64,000 bases of DNA from Candidatus Nomurabacteria bacterium (GCA_026396065.1 JAPLXO010000008.1:1056-65055); one strand, 5' to 3'; shown: positions 10,195-20,912, numbered from the stretch's first letter. The notes: generated from the letters alone by a model not told the origin. Numbers and translations: made by a program.

Positions 10195-10281
10195 CGGAGG
10201 GTGAGAGATTCGAACTCTCGGTGGGAGTAACCCCACACAGACTTTCCAGGTCTGCGCACTAGACCGCTATGCGAACCCTCC
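10195..10281 (-). tRNA. tRNA-Ser (anticodon GGA)
   Basis: Reverse complement folds as GGAGGGT acceptor, anticodon stem-loop CAGAC-CTGGAAA-GTCTG, long variable arm, T-arm GAGAG-TTCGAATC-CTCTC. Confidence 0.8.
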
Positions 10282-10344
10282 AATAAAAGAGATACTAGCA
10301 GAAAAAGTCTTTAATTACTAGTAATTTTTTGTTATAATAAAAAT

Positions 10345-10776
10345 ATGAAAAAAACAATTATAGTTATCATAGTTTTAGTAGTTATTATTGGAGTTTATTA
10401 TTTTGTTTCAAATAAAAAGTCGTATGATGTTCCTACTTTGATGGATAATTCACAAGTACAAACACAAACAAATCCAGAACCTGTTGTAAACACAAATACA
10501 ATCACTACTAATGTCGCTCCTTTAAATGCTAGTGTAAGTATAAAGAATTTCTCATTTAGTCCAGCAACTTTGAATGTTAAAACAGGTACAAAGGTAACTT
10601 GGGTTAACAATGATAGTGTGGGTCATACAGTCACTTCCGACACAAATGGTATTTTTGACTCAGGTATTATTTCTCCAGGGCAGTCTTTTAGTTTCACTTT
10701 TGTTAATGCTGGTTCAATTGGTTACCATTGCACTCCTCATCCTATGATGAAGGGTAATGTGGTTGTAGAAAATTAA
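10345..10776 (+). CDS. cupredoxin (plastocyanin/azurin-like blue copper protein), membrane-anchored
   Basis: Type-1 copper ligands H..C..H..M (GHTVTSD ... YHCTPHPMMKG); N-terminal TM. Confidence 0.7.
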   Translation: MKKTIIVIIVLVVIIGVYYFVSNKKSYDVPTLMDNSQVQTQTNPEPVVNTNTITTNVAPLNASVSIKNFSFSPATLNVKTGTKVTWVNNDSVGHTVTSDTNGIFDSGIISPGQSFSFTFVNAGSIGYHCTPHPMMKGNVVVEN

Positions 10777-10827
10777 AGAATTAGTTTGAGTTTAACAAAA
10801 AGTCCCTTGTAAGGGACTTTTTGTTTT

Positions 10828-11241
10828 TTATTCTATTTTGTTACTCATTGTACCTTGAACCATCGCTCGTAGAGTTTTTATAGAAAGGTAAGTCGCAAAG
10901 AAAAACAATAATGCTAGAGCTTGATTTGTCCAAAAGAAGGCTACATTTAAAGGATTATAACTTGGTAAATTTTGGTAAGTATTAAATGCATAATATTCAA
11001 ACATTGCTAATGCGAGTGGTGGAATGATAGATCCTATTATAAAAACTGATTTTGATAATGGGTTGATAAGTCCACCCACTATTACAAAAAGAATAATTAT
11101 AAAAATTGGAACATATATTGGTAGATTAATTAGATTATTAAAAAAAGGAAAAGAGACGAGCATTACAAGACCACCTACTATAAAGATGTTTCTAATAATT
11201 TTCCCATAATAATGTCCTTGATAGTGAATTTTTTGATCCAT
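10828..11241 (-). CDS. hypothetical polytopic membrane protein
   Basis: Long ORF, 4 predicted TM helices; the overlapping + strand ORFs are low complexity. Confidence 0.45.
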   Translation of the reverse strand: MDQKIHYQGHYYGKIIRNIFIVGGLVMLVSFPFFNNLINLPIYVPIFIIILFVIVGGLINPLSKSVFIIGSIIPPLALAMFEYYAFNTYQNLPSYNPLNVAFFWTNQALALLFFFATYLSIKTLRAMVQGTMSNKIE

Positions 11242-11264
11242 ACCTTAAGTATATCAAACCTCTT

Positions 11265-12035
11265 TTATAGGGCAAGACTTTTTAAAAATTCTGCTAGTTC
11301 TTTACCTAAAATAGGCCTAAATACTCCTGTTTTCAGGTCTAAAAGTTTAATATTCATAACACTAATTCTCTTTAAGTCTTCAACTTCGTTGAAGACTGCT
11401 GAAACCATTCTACGGATTTGGTGTGTTTTTCCTTCGATAATAGTAATAGAAAATTTATTTTCACTTAATACTTTTATTTTTGCTGGTTTAGTGACATATC
11501 CTTCTATATTTATTCCTCCTTCCATCTTTTCTTTAAAATTATCTCGAAGCTTTCTAGCGACTACGACCTCGTATTCTTTTTGGTGTTCATATTTTGGATT
11601 GAGTAATCTGTCTGTCACACGTCCATCATTTGTAAGTAAAATTAATCCATGAGAATTTCTATCTAGTCGTCCTAGAGGAAATAAATTTATTTTTTTGAGT
11701 TCAGCTGGAAGGGAAGATATTATATCCTCCTCTTCTTTTTCTTGAGAACTAGTGATCATACCTACTGGTTTGTTGAATGCATAATATGAGTATTTAGGAA
11801 TTTCTTCTTTTCCATATTTTACTTCAATCATATCAGTTTCTTTTATTTTATCTCCAATCTTTGCTAAAACACCGTTTATCGTAACTTTTTTAGATGTAAT
11901 TAATTCGTCCGCATTGCGACGTGTAGCATAATTTTTTAATGCAAGGTATTTATTGATACGCATTGGGTAAGGCTCTTTGTTGGGAATTGGGCTTCTAGAA
12001 GTCAGCTTTTTCTTTTTTGGTTTATATTGTTGCAT
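11265..12035 (-). CDS. RluB/RsuA-family pseudouridine synthase (S4 domain + catalytic domain)
   Basis: S4 domain (INKYLALKNYATRRNADELI), catalytic motif PLGRLDRNSHGLILLTNDG; basic N-terminal extension. Confidence 0.8.
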   Translation of the reverse strand: MQQYKPKKKKLTSRSPIPNKEPYPMRINKYLALKNYATRRNADELITSKKVTINGVLAKIGDKIKETDMIEVKYGKEEIPKYSYYAFNKPVGMITSSQEKEEEDIISSLPAELKKINLFPLGRLDRNSHGLILLTNDGRVTDRLLNPKYEHQKEYEVVVARKLRDNFKEKMEGGINIEGYVTKPAKIKVLSENKFSITIIEGKTHQIRRMVSAVFNEVEDLKRISVMNIKLLDLKTGVFRPILGKELAEFLKSLAL

Positions 12036-12081
12036 CTATAGAGTCTAACATATTTATGATACAATTATAATTGTAGAATTT

Positions 12082-12288
12082 ATGCCAACAAGAATACAGA
12101 TTTTATTAATAGTTATTACTATCTGGGAAATGATCTGGAAGGGTTTTGCTCTTTGGAAAGCTGCACAAAAATCTGAAAGAAATTGGTTTATTGCTCTTTT
12201 AGTTTTAAACACTATTGGTATTTTGCCAATATTCTACTTACTGATTCGAAAGGATAAAGAAGAAAAAAGGGTTGAAAAAAGCTCTTAA
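12082..12288 (+). CDS. PLDc_N-like small membrane protein
   Basis: 68 aa, 2 TM; WKGFALWKA...WFIALLVLNTIGILPIFYL resembles the cardiolipin-synthase N-terminal domain family. Confidence 0.5.
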   Translation: MPTRIQILLIVITIWEMIWKGFALWKAAQKSERNWFIALLVLNTIGILPIFYLLIRKDKEEKRVEKSS

Positions 12289-12454
12289 TTATGCTAGATT
12301 GTAAATGCTTAAAGTGACGGCTCGGATTAAAATCCTCGCACCGTCACAATGCTTTAGTTTGTGGTAATACCATCGACAAAAAGCAAAGCAGTTTGCTTTT
12401 TGTAGGCGTAGCTGTTTTGATAGATAACAGCAAAGTCGAAAGCAAGTAAATTTT

Positions 12455-12530
12455 GTCGGCGTAGCTCAGTTGGTAGAGCGGAGGACTCATAAGCCTCAGG
12501 TCACAGGTTCAATCCCTGTCGCCGACACCA
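12455..12530 (+). tRNA. tRNA-Met (anticodon CAT), CCA encoded
   Basis: gtcggcgtagctcagttggtagagc..actcataag..ggttcaatccctgtcgccgacacca. Confidence 0.8.
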
Positions 12531-12571
12531 CTTCGCTCTTATGAGAGGAGGATAAGTAATTTAAGAAATAC

Positions 12572-12645
12572 GCGATCGTAGCTCAATTGGTTAGAGCACC
12601 CGCCTGTCACGCGGGAGGTTGCCGGTTCAAATCCGGTCGGTCGCG
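12572..12645 (+). tRNA. tRNA-Asp (anticodon GTC)
   Basis: gcgatcgtagctcaattggttagagc acccgc-ctgtcac-gcggg ...ttcaaatccggtcggtcgcg. Confidence 0.8.
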
Positions 12646-12656
12646 CAGAAAAAAAT

Positions 12657-12694
12657 GACCTTGAGAAATCAGGGTCATTTTTGTGTACTAATTG
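12657..12694 (+). terminator. rho-independent terminator after tRNA pair
   Basis: atgaccttgagaaatcagggtcat hairpin followed by ttttt. Confidence 0.6.
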
Positions 12695-12719
12695 TAGGGA
12701 GAACTGGTATAATTAAATT

Positions 12720-13124
12720 ATGAACGAAACAACATTGTATTCACAATTGATTAAACCTACTTGGGCTCCACCTAGCTGGCTATTTGGTCCAGTGTGGACA
12801 GTGCTTTATGTAATAATTGCATTTTCGTTTGGTACAGTATTTTATAAAGTGTTTACCAAACAGATTCCGTGGATAGTGGCATTACCTTTTGTGCTCAATC
12901 TAATTTTCAACCTTGCTTTCCCACCAATACAATTTCGTTTGGTGAATAATTTTCTTGCATCAATAGATATTTTGCTCGTTGTCGGTACACTCGTCTGGGG
13001 ACTCTATATAGTCTGGCACAATGTGCCTGAGCTCCGCTGGGTCGTTTATGTTAACATTCCATACCTCATCTGGGGTGTATTTGCTACAACAGTACAATTA
13101 GCCATAACTTATTTAAATAGATAA
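12720..13124 (+). CDS. tspO: TspO/MBR tryptophan-rich sensory protein
   Basis: Five-TM protein with the TspO N-terminal signature IKPTWAPPSWLFGPVWTVLY. Confidence 0.75.
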   Translation: MNETTLYSQLIKPTWAPPSWLFGPVWTVLYVIIAFSFGTVFYKVFTKQIPWIVALPFVLNLIFNLAFPPIQFRLVNNFLASIDILLVVGTLVWGLYIVWHNVPELRWVVYVNIPYLIWGVFATTVQLAITYLNR

Positions 13125-13160
13125 TATCTTTATAAAACTTTAAGTTATAGTATTTCTTAT

Positions 13161-13523
13161 TTGTTTTGCTATACTTACTTTATGGAAAGATTAATGGGAG
13201 AATTCCCACAAAATATCACTACTGTAAAAGAAAAGATAATTCCTCAAGAATTAAGCTTGTTCGTAAAAGAAAAGAAGATCCTTTCGGATCAGTTTCTTTC
13301 TGTTGTTGTATTGAGAGATAATCTGTGGAATCAAGAGGCTGGTTTACTGGAAGAATATTCTAAAAATAAGAAAGACATAGAAAAGCAAAAAGAGATTAGT
13401 AGTCAATTAAATGATCTTAAAATTAAAATAAAAAATGCTAAACAAGAGTTTCTAAAAATAGAAAAGAAAATAGAAGAATTTGATCAAAAAGTAGAACTAC
13501 TAACTAATATTGGAAAAAATTAA
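13161..13523 (+). CDS. hypothetical coiled-coil protein
   Basis: ORF rich in K/E heptads; no motif recognised. Confidence 0.4.
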   Translation: MFCYTYFMERLMGEFPQNITTVKEKIIPQELSLFVKEKKILSDQFLSVVVLRDNLWNQEAGLLEEYSKNKKDIEKQKEISSQLNDLKIKIKNAKQEFLKIEKKIEEFDQKVELLTNIGKN

Positions 13524-13582
13524 AAGTTTAAATATTATTTTTTTAAGTTTTAATTTGTCGTTAGAACTGCTATAATTACTTT

Positions 13583-15364
13583 GTGAAAAATATTTTATTA
13601 AACAATCCAGTTGTTTATCTTTGGCGTAAGATGTATTTCTATGCTAAAGATAGACGTAAAAATATAAAAATAGCGACGACTTTATTTGTCTTTGCAAACA
13701 TAGCTGATGCGTCTCAGCCTCTTGTTTTTGGTTTACTTTTAAATTTTATTCAAAAAAATGGAATAACCAAAGAAAATTTAACACATTTATTTTTAATTTT
13801 GCTTCTTTTCCTAGCATCAGAAATTGTTTTCTGGGCTTTTTGGGCGCCAGCAAGAATCATAGAGCAAAAGACTGCTTTCATGGCCAAGAAAAACTATAAA
13901 GAATATTTGTTAAATGGAGTCATGGCTTTTCCTTTATCTTGGCACACCGATCATCATTCAGGAAATACAATAGATAAAATAGAAAAGGGTACAAATTCCT
14001 TATTTTCTTTTTCTGAAGATTCATTTATGTTTATTCAAGCAGTTGTGCGACTTGTGATTTCTCTTGGAGCTTTAATTTATTTAGACTTTTTTGCTTCTCT
14101 AGTCGTAATCGTAGTATCTTCTTTTATTTTTTATGTTATGTTTGTTTATGATAAGAAATTAATTCCTGGGTATAAAATAGTTAATCGCATGGAAAATGGA
14201 ATTTCTGCCAAAGTTTATGATGTGATAAGCAATATTACTACTGTAATAATTCTTCGTGTAGAGAATTTAGTTTTTAAAACTATTAGTAGTTCTATCGATA
14301 CACCATTTCCGCAGTTTAAAAAGAATATTGTAAACAACGAAATGAAATGGCTTTGGGCTGCAATATTGGGACAACTTTCCGTAATTATAACTATAAGTAT
14401 TTATCTTTTTTCTAATCTATCAAAAGGCAATATAATTTTAGTTGGATCTGTATATATTTTATATAGTTATGCTTTTAAAGTGAGAGAGACATTTTTTAGT
14501 TTTGCTCAACTTTACAATAACGCAGTGAGATGGAGGTCCAATATTGCAAATGCTGAAGAAATTTCAAAAGATTTCATAGATGCAAAATTATCAAAAAATA
14601 AACATTTACCTAAAAATTGGTCTACTCTTTCAATTAAAAATTTGTCTTTTTCTTATCACGATGAGTCTGATGCAGATTTACATTTAGATAATATAAATAT
14701 TAATTTAAAAAAAGGTGAAAAAATTGCAGTTATTGGCGAAAGTGGTGGAGGTAAGACAACATTCTTAAAACTTTTCCGTGGACTTTATTTGCCTAAAAAT
14801 ATCAATTTAGAAATTGATAATAAAGAATTTGCTGAAGATTTCAATCTTATTAGTGAATCAATTTCTTTGATACCACAAGATCCTGAAATTTTTTCTACTA
14901 CTATTAAAGAAAATATTACACTTGGTGTAAACTATAAAGAAAGTGAACTTAAAATTTTTACAGATATGGCTTCCTTGACTGAGGTGATTTCTAGATTACC
15001 TAAAGGTTTGGAATCAAGTATTGTAGAAAAGGGTGTAAATTTAAGTGGAGGTGAAAAGCAACGTCTGGCTTTGGCTCGTGGTCTTTTAGCCTCAAAAGAC
15101 AAAGATATAATTCTTCTTGATGAGCCTACAAGTAGTGTGGACTTTCATAATGAATTAAAAATTTATGAAAATATTTTCTCTGCTTTACCAGATAAAACAA
15201 TTATTTCTTCAATTCATAGGTTACATCTTTTGCCACTTTTTGATAATATATTCTTTTTTAAAGATGGCAAGATTGTAGCAGAAGGGAATATTGATGAATT
15301 GAAAGAAAAATCAAAAGACTTCAAAAAACTTTGGGCTAAATACTTAAAGACTCAAAATCAGTAA
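13583..15364 (+). CDS. ABC transporter, fused permease/ATP-binding exporter
   Basis: 6-TM N-terminal domain; Walker A GESGGGKTT, signature [15 protein letters not shown], Walker B ILLDEPTSSVD. Confidence 0.85.
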   Translation: MKNILLNNPVVYLWRKMYFYAKDRRKNIKIATTLFVFANIADASQPLVFGLLLNFIQKNGITKENLTHLFLILLLFLASEIVFWAFWAPARIIEQKTAFMAKKNYKEYLLNGVMAFPLSWHTDHHSGNTIDKIEKGTNSLFSFSEDSFMFIQAVVRLVISLGALIYLDFFASLVVIVVSSFIFYVMFVYDKKLIPGYKIVNRMENGISAKVYDVISNITTVIILRVENLVFKTISSSIDTPFPQFKKNIVNNEMKWLWAAILGQLSVIITISIYLFSNLSKGNIILVGSVYILYSYAFKVRETFFSFAQLYNNAVRWRSNIANAEEISKDFIDAKLSKNKHLPKNWSTLSIKNLSFSYHDESDADLHLDNININLKKGEKIAVIGESGGGKTTFLKLFRGLYLPKNINLEIDNKEFAEDFNLISESISLIPQDPEIFSTTIKENITLGVNYKESELKIFTDMASLTEVISRLPKGLESSIVEKGVNLSGGEKQRLALARGLLASKDKDIILLDEPTSSVDFHNELKIYENIFSALPDKTIISSIHRLHLLPLFDNIFFFKDGKIVAEGNIDELKEKSKDFKKLWAKYLKTQNQ

Positions 15365-15419
15365 AAACAAAAACAGTCAGCTAAAATAGCTGACTGCCTG
15401 TTAAATATTTTTTTGAAAA

Positions 15420-16118
15420 TTAAAATTTGTTGTTGAAAAATTCAATGAATCGTTCAACAACAGGAATACTTTCAAGTATGTTGTCTACGTGGTCTCCACG
15501 ACGTAGCTCATACGTAATAGTTGGTATTTTTCTCTCATAACCAGCATATGTGCCAAGGCATCCAGGAGTAGGGTAGCCCATTTCGTCCCCCCTAGTTATC
15601 TTTTTGTAAGGTGATACTTCAAAAAGATAATTTGCTAAATCCATAACTCCAGTATCATCATCTCCGTTTGCATTAATTTGTGGATCTTTAAATGAGTGTA
15701 AAGTCAGGATTCCTTTTGGTTTGTAAAGATCAATAAGTTCCATCAAGGCCTTATTTTCTGGCTCACTACCAGCAAATGGTCCAGGAGGATAGCGATCATT
15801 GAATTTTTCTGCACTCCAGTCTAAGGTTGGGAGATTTCTGTTTAAATCAACCTTATTTCCATTCGTGCGTTGCTTTAAAGCCACACCATCGGGGTTTGCC
15901 TGAGGTATAACTAATACGTTCACATTTGAATATGGAAATTTAACTCTCCAAGGTATTTCAAAGTGATCTAATAACCAAAGCCCTTCTACTTCGTCACCAT
16001 GAATGGTAGCTAAGATTAGGATTAGTGGCAAGTTCTGTTTTTTGTTGTTTTTAAAGAAAAGGTAACCAATTAGGTCATTCTTTAGTGCGGATTTACCGTA
16101 AATAATTCTTCTTATCAT
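15420..16118 (-). CDS. M14-family zinc carboxypeptidase-like (MpaA-like murein peptide amidase)
   Basis: HGDEVEG zinc-binding motif, NPDG, DLNRN and LHS motifs typical of M14 / gamma-D-Glu-DAP amidases. Confidence 0.55.
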   Translation of the reverse strand: MIRRIIYGKSALKNDLIGYLFFKNNKKQNLPLILILATIHGDEVEGLWLLDHFEIPWRVKFPYSNVNVLVIPQANPDGVALKQRTNGNKVDLNRNLPTLDWSAEKFNDRYPPGPFAGSEPENKALMELIDLYKPKGILTLHSFKDPQINANGDDDTGVMDLANYLFEVSPYKKITRGDEMGYPTPGCLGTYAGYERKIPTITYELRRGDHVDNILESIPVVERFIEFFNNKF

Positions 16119-16219
16119 GTTATTTGGTTTTAGTTTATTTGTCTCAAAATAGCATTTATTTTTGACAAAGTCAATTTTAAAGTTTTTATATTCAATAAAT
16201 AGTTGCTATAATAGCAACT

Positions 16220-17041
16220 ATGAATAGTCATGAAGGTTTTAATCCTTTAAAAGTAGAGACAGTAAAAACTCCTGAAGGGGGGCAGGTTTCTTTTTGTCCT
16301 GAGCGGGGTGGAATTATTACTTCAATAAAATTACACGGTCAAGAAATTTTATATTTAGACCAAGCAACGTTTCAAGATAAGACAGTGAATGTAAAAGGTG
16401 GTATTCCAATACTTTTCCCAAATGCTGGGCCAGTTGAAAGTTCAGAGTTCCCAAATTTAAAACAACATGGTTTTGCTCGAGAGTCTTCTAAGTGGAATGT
16501 TATTAAAACTCACGACGGTTTTAAGGAAACTTTGATACAAGAAAAAGAAAACTCAGCTTCATATCCTTATAATTTTAAATTATCTATAGAGGGGCAATTT
16601 AAAAACAATGGATCATTCACAGTAAAACAAAAAGTAGAAAATTTAGAAGAAAATAAGGAACTTCCAATTTCTATGGGTCTGCATCCTTATTTTAGAGTTT
16701 CGAATGATGATAAAAAAAATATCAAATTTAACTTTGAAGGTGGAAAGACAGTAGAAGAAGATTTTGAAACTTGGGCAAATGGAAAAGCTGTCAAAATAGA
16801 CAATCCAAAAGTAAAAGATTCCTTTGCTGTTATGGAGGTAGTTATTCCAAATATAGGGACACTTGTAATTGATGCATCTCCAGAGTATCAAAAAATCTGG
16901 GTGTGGTCTATGCAAGATAAGGACTTTTTTTGCGTTGAACCAGTCATGAGAAATAGCGGTGGTCTCGTTAATGATCCAGAAAAAGTTAAGTCAAAGGGAA
17001 GTTTTACTGCGAGTGTAAATTTTAAGTTAAAAAGAGATTAG
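16220..17041 (+). CDS. aldose 1-epimerase family protein (mutarotase-like)
   Basis: GGIPILFPNAGP and HGFARES motifs of the galactose-mutarotase-like fold. Confidence 0.55.
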   Translation: MNSHEGFNPLKVETVKTPEGGQVSFCPERGGIITSIKLHGQEILYLDQATFQDKTVNVKGGIPILFPNAGPVESSEFPNLKQHGFARESSKWNVIKTHDGFKETLIQEKENSASYPYNFKLSIEGQFKNNGSFTVKQKVENLEENKELPISMGLHPYFRVSNDDKKNIKFNFEGGKTVEEDFETWANGKAVKIDNPKVKDSFAVMEVVIPNIGTLVIDASPEYQKIWVWSMQDKDFFCVEPVMRNSGGLVNDPEKVKSKGSFTASVNFKLKRD

Positions 17042-17045
17042 TTTT

Positions 17046-19394
17046 ATGCGGAAATTTGAACTTTATCGACGTGTTTTACCTAGTATTACTCCAATACTTT
17101 TTCGTAATATAGTAATTTTAGTAAATGGAATTATTTTTGGAGTTGTAATTTTACTTTCTATTTTTGGCAATAAACAAGCAGCGCTTTTTATTGGAATAGT
17201 TTTTATTGTAAATATCTTACTAGGTGTAATTCAGGATATTCGTGCGCGAGTAATGCTAGAGCGTTTACAAATGCTCACAGCACTTAAAGCAATTAGATTA
17301 AATAAAGATGGTAGCGAAAAGGAAATTTTTGCTGAAGAAATAATACTTGGAGATGAAATAAAATTAAAACTTGGTGATCAGGTTCCTTGTGATGGTTTAT
17401 TGTTCTCCGCAAATAATTTGGAAGTGAGTGAGGCCTTGCTCACTGGTGAATCAGATTCTTTTCCCAAAAAAGAAGGTGAGAAGCTTGTTGCTGGAAGTAT
17501 TATTACTTCTGGTGTAGGAATAATAAGAGTAGATAATATTTTTAAAGAAAGTAGAATTTCAAGAATCACTGATGATGCAAAAAAATATGCTTTAAATCCT
17601 AGCTCCATTCAGCGTTCGATGGATACTGTAATAAAATATTCTGGATATATTTTAATTTTAAGTTTAATTTTTGTTGTCATACGTGGTTTTATAGCTCACG
17701 AATCATATATAGATATAGTGATGCATATTGGGGCCTTGGCTAGTATTATCGTGCCACAAGGTTTAATGGTCATTACAACATTACTTTTCACTATTGGAGC
17801 ATCTAGTTATTCTCGTCACAATGTTTTATTTCAAGAAATAAATGCTACAGAAAAACTTGGACGTATTAAAAATCTTTGTATGGATAAGACTGGTACTTTG
17901 ACTGATAATATTTTAGTGGTCGAAAATGTATTTATGCCAGAAGGAATTTCAAAAGAATTAGTTTTCGACTTAACTTCTATTTATATAAATGGATCAGGTG
18001 ATTCGTCACAGACAATCCTTGCAATAGAAAAATATATTGGATCAGAAGTAACAAAAAGAAATGAATCCATTAATGCATTACCATTTTCTTCATGGCGACA
18101 ATATGGTGCAGTTTCAATTGGAGAAAAGCTTGGTCATGGAGCAGTTTTTGTGGGTACTGCTAGTGTTTTTCTTCCTCAAATTTCAAATAGTGTAGAAAAA
18201 AAATGGCTTGAAGATATTTTGCAAAAAAATGCTCACACTGGAAAAAGAATTTTATGCGTTGTTAGGTCTGAAGTAAACGAATTACCTAGAGAGCTTTCAA
18301 AAACAAATCTTTCTGTAGTAGCAGTTTTTATATTCACAAATACTTTGCGTTTAGGCGTAAAAGAAGCAATCAAATTTTTCCAAGATAGAGATATAAAAAT
18401 AAGAATTATTTCTGGAGATAATCCAGATACAGTCCGCGCAGTTACTACTTCTGTGGGTATAAAAAATAGTGAAAATGTTATTTCTGGAAATGAAATTTCT
18501 AAATGGAAAGATGAAGATTTTGAAAAGAAGGTTCACGATTACACAGTTTTTGCACAAATTTTACCTGAACAAAAATTAAAGCTTATTGAAGCGTTTAAAA
18601 AAGATGGTTTTACTGCAATGGTTGGTGATGGAGTAAATGATGCTCTTGCAATAAAACGAGCAGATTTGGGTATTGCAATGTTTGATGGAGCACCTGTCAC
18701 ACGCCAAGTTGCTGGAGTAATTTTAACTAATAGCACATTTACAGATTTACCAGGTGCTGTAGAATTGTCGGATAATTTTATTCGTAGTATTGGAATGAAC
18801 GCTGGAATTTTTATAAATCAAAGTTTGATCGGTTTGTTCTTTTTTATTATCATAAGTTTATTTGGTTATGCATTTACACTTACACCACTAAATATAACCG
18901 CCATAAATTACTTCACTGTTGGAATTCCAGGGATGCTTATTGGTTATTGGGCTATTCAACCATCTAGGAAAAATTTTCCATCAAATGGAAAATCTTTTCT
19001 TCGACAGATTATGCCTTTTGTTTTATGTTCTGCTATTTTTGAATCAATAGCTATTGCTTTAGTATTTTTCTTTAGTCCAGAATATTTGAAAATGGCGCAA
19101 TCTAATACTCTAGTGATACTCGGCTTTATTGTTTCTGGTTTTATCTTTTTAGCTTTAGCACCAAATGTATATTCCGCCTCTCTTACTAAAAAAGAAAAAT
19201 TTCACTTATTTATACTTGCTATAGTTGAAATTATTTTAATGATGTTAATCTTAAGAAGTTCTATTCTCGTTCATTTCTTTAATATAACTACTCCATATCC
19301 TCCTATCAATTTTGTAGCTCAATCATTACTTATTTTATTAGCTTTTGGCATTGTTCAGTATTTTATAATGAAAAAGTTTTTTATTAAAAGATAA
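17046..19394 (+). CDS. P-type cation-transporting ATPase
   Basis: Phosphorylation motif CMDKTGTLT, hinge GDGVNDA, TGES-like motif, N- and C-terminal TM bundles. Confidence 0.85.
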   Translation: MRKFELYRRVLPSITPILFRNIVILVNGIIFGVVILLSIFGNKQAALFIGIVFIVNILLGVIQDIRARVMLERLQMLTALKAIRLNKDGSEKEIFAEEIILGDEIKLKLGDQVPCDGLLFSANNLEVSEALLTGESDSFPKKEGEKLVAGSIITSGVGIIRVDNIFKESRISRITDDAKKYALNPSSIQRSMDTVIKYSGYILILSLIFVVIRGFIAHESYIDIVMHIGALASIIVPQGLMVITTLLFTIGASSYSRHNVLFQEINATEKLGRIKNLCMDKTGTLTDNILVVENVFMPEGISKELVFDLTSIYINGSGDSSQTILAIEKYIGSEVTKRNESINALPFSSWRQYGAVSIGEKLGHGAVFVGTASVFLPQISNSVEKKWLEDILQKNAHTGKRILCVVRSEVNELPRELSKTNLSVVAVFIFTNTLRLGVKEAIKFFQDRDIKIRIISGDNPDTVRAVTTSVGIKNSENVISGNEISKWKDEDFEKKVHDYTVFAQILPEQKLKLIEAFKKDGFTAMVGDGVNDALAIKRADLGIAMFDGAPVTRQVAGVILTNSTFTDLPGAVELSDNFIRSIGMNAGIFINQSLIGLFFFIIISLFGYAFTLTPLNITAINYFTVGIPGMLIGYWAIQPSRKNFPSNGKSFLRQIMPFVLCSAIFESIAIALVFFFSPEYLKMAQSNTLVILGFIVSGFIFLALAPNVYSASLTKKEKFHLFILAIVEIILMMLILRSSILVHFFNITTPYPPINFVAQSLLILLAFGIVQYFIMKKFFIKR

Positions 19395-19416
19395 TAAAGT
19401 ATGCTAAAGTACATTT

Positions 19417-20160
19417 ATGCAAAATACAGAACAAATTAATACTAAAGGCGAGAAAAAGTTGTTTTTTTCTATTGTTATTCCAGCTCACAATGAAGCCTTG
19501 TATATAGAAAACACTTTGAATAAAATAGAATTATTGGAATACACAAAAGAGTTGTATGAAGTGATTGTCATTGAAAATGGTTCAAAAGATGATACTTATA
19601 ATATTGCAAAAAAGTTTGAAATAGGGAATATACATATTTTCACTTCTCCTAAAAAAGGAATATCACCAGCAAAAAATCTAGGTATAGAAAAAATAAATAC
19701 TAAAAGTGATTGGACTGTTTTTTTAGATGCTGACACGGTGCTCGAAAAAAACTTTTTAATAGACTTAAATAATTTTTTAATTAAAGACCTTGGTGAAATT
19801 TATTCAGTTGGCACAACAAAAATAAAACCTTTTCCTGCAAGTAAAAAAGCAAATCGCTGGTTTGCTTTTTATGATTTGGGACATAAGTTCACTAAGACTT
19901 CATATGCAATACAGATAATAAAGAGTAAGTTATTATCCAAGGTTCATTTTCGCGAAGACTTGGATATGGGAGAAGATCTGAAATTTATTGATGAGGCGCG
20001 AAAGTTTGGAAAATTTTTCTTTTTAGAAACAGATGAAGTTTACACATCTATTCGCAGATTTGAAAAAGAAGGTTGGTGGCATATATTTATTTATTGGAAC
20101 TTTGTCGCATTATTACCTGATAAATTAAAAAGAAAGTTTATATATAAAGTAGTAAGATGA
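19417..20160 (+). CDS. family 2 glycosyltransferase
   Basis: GT-A fold N-terminus SIVIPAHNEA, DAD motif. Confidence 0.7.
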   Translation: MQNTEQINTKGEKKLFFSIVIPAHNEALYIENTLNKIELLEYTKELYEVIVIENGSKDDTYNIAKKFEIGNIHIFTSPKKGISPAKNLGIEKINTKSDWTVFLDADTVLEKNFLIDLNNFLIKDLGEIYSVGTTKIKPFPASKKANRWFAFYDLGHKFTKTSYAIQIIKSKLLSKVHFREDLDMGEDLKFIDEARKFGKFFFLETDEVYTSIRRFEKEGWWHIFIYWNFVALLPDKLKRKFIYKVVR

Positions 20161-20164
20161 ATTT

Positions 20165-20878
20165 ATGAAAATTAGTTTAGTAATCCCAGCTTATAATGAA
20201 GAGAAATATATTGGCATTTGTCTCGAAAGTGTATTTAAAAATGCGCCAGATTTTTTTCATGAAATAATCGTGATAGATAATGCTAGTACAGACAAAACAA
20301 AAGAAGTAGTAGAAAAATTTCAAGGTGTAAAAGTAATACATGAATCACAAAAAGGATTGACCAGTGCAAGACAAAAAGGCCTAGAATCTGCATCCGGAGA
20401 TTTAATTGCGTACATCGATGCTGATACAAAAATGCCAAAAGGTTGGAGAGATAAAGTTATTAAAGCATTTTTTGAAAATCAAAATTTTGTTTGTGTCAGT
20501 GGTCCTTATATTTATCATGATGTTTCTTTTTTAAAGAGTATTTCTGTGTGGATATATTGGCATCTCTTTGCTTATCCTACTTATTTGTTAACAGGTTACA
20601 TGACTGTCGGAGGAAATTTTGTCGCTAAAAAAAGTGCTTTAGAAAAAATAAATGGTTTTGATAAAAGTATTAGTTTTTACGGAGAAGATACAGATATAGC
20701 CAAGAGATTACATAAAGTTGGTAAAGTAAAATTTATGCCAAGTTTGTTTATGTATACTTCTGCACGACGTTTTACAGGACAGGGAACACTTAAAACAGCT
20801 TTTATTTATATGTTAAATTTCCTTTCAGTCGCTATAAAAGGAAAGCCAATTTCAAAAGAGTATAAAGATATACGTTAA
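20165..20878 (+). CDS. family 2 glycosyltransferase
   Basis: ISLVIPAYNEEKYI, DNASTD, YIDADT motifs. Confidence 0.75.
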   Translation: MKISLVIPAYNEEKYIGICLESVFKNAPDFFHEIIVIDNASTDKTKEVVEKFQGVKVIHESQKGLTSARQKGLESASGDLIAYIDADTKMPKGWRDKVIKAFFENQNFVCVSGPYIYHDVSFLKSISVWIYWHLFAYPTYLLTGYMTVGGNFVAKKSALEKINGFDKSISFYGEDTDIAKRLHKVGKVKFMPSLFMYTSARRFTGQGTLKTAFIYMLNFLSVAIKGKPISKEYKDIR

Positions 20879-20912
20879 AGGTGTTTTATGTTAATATATA
20901 TATAGATTAATT

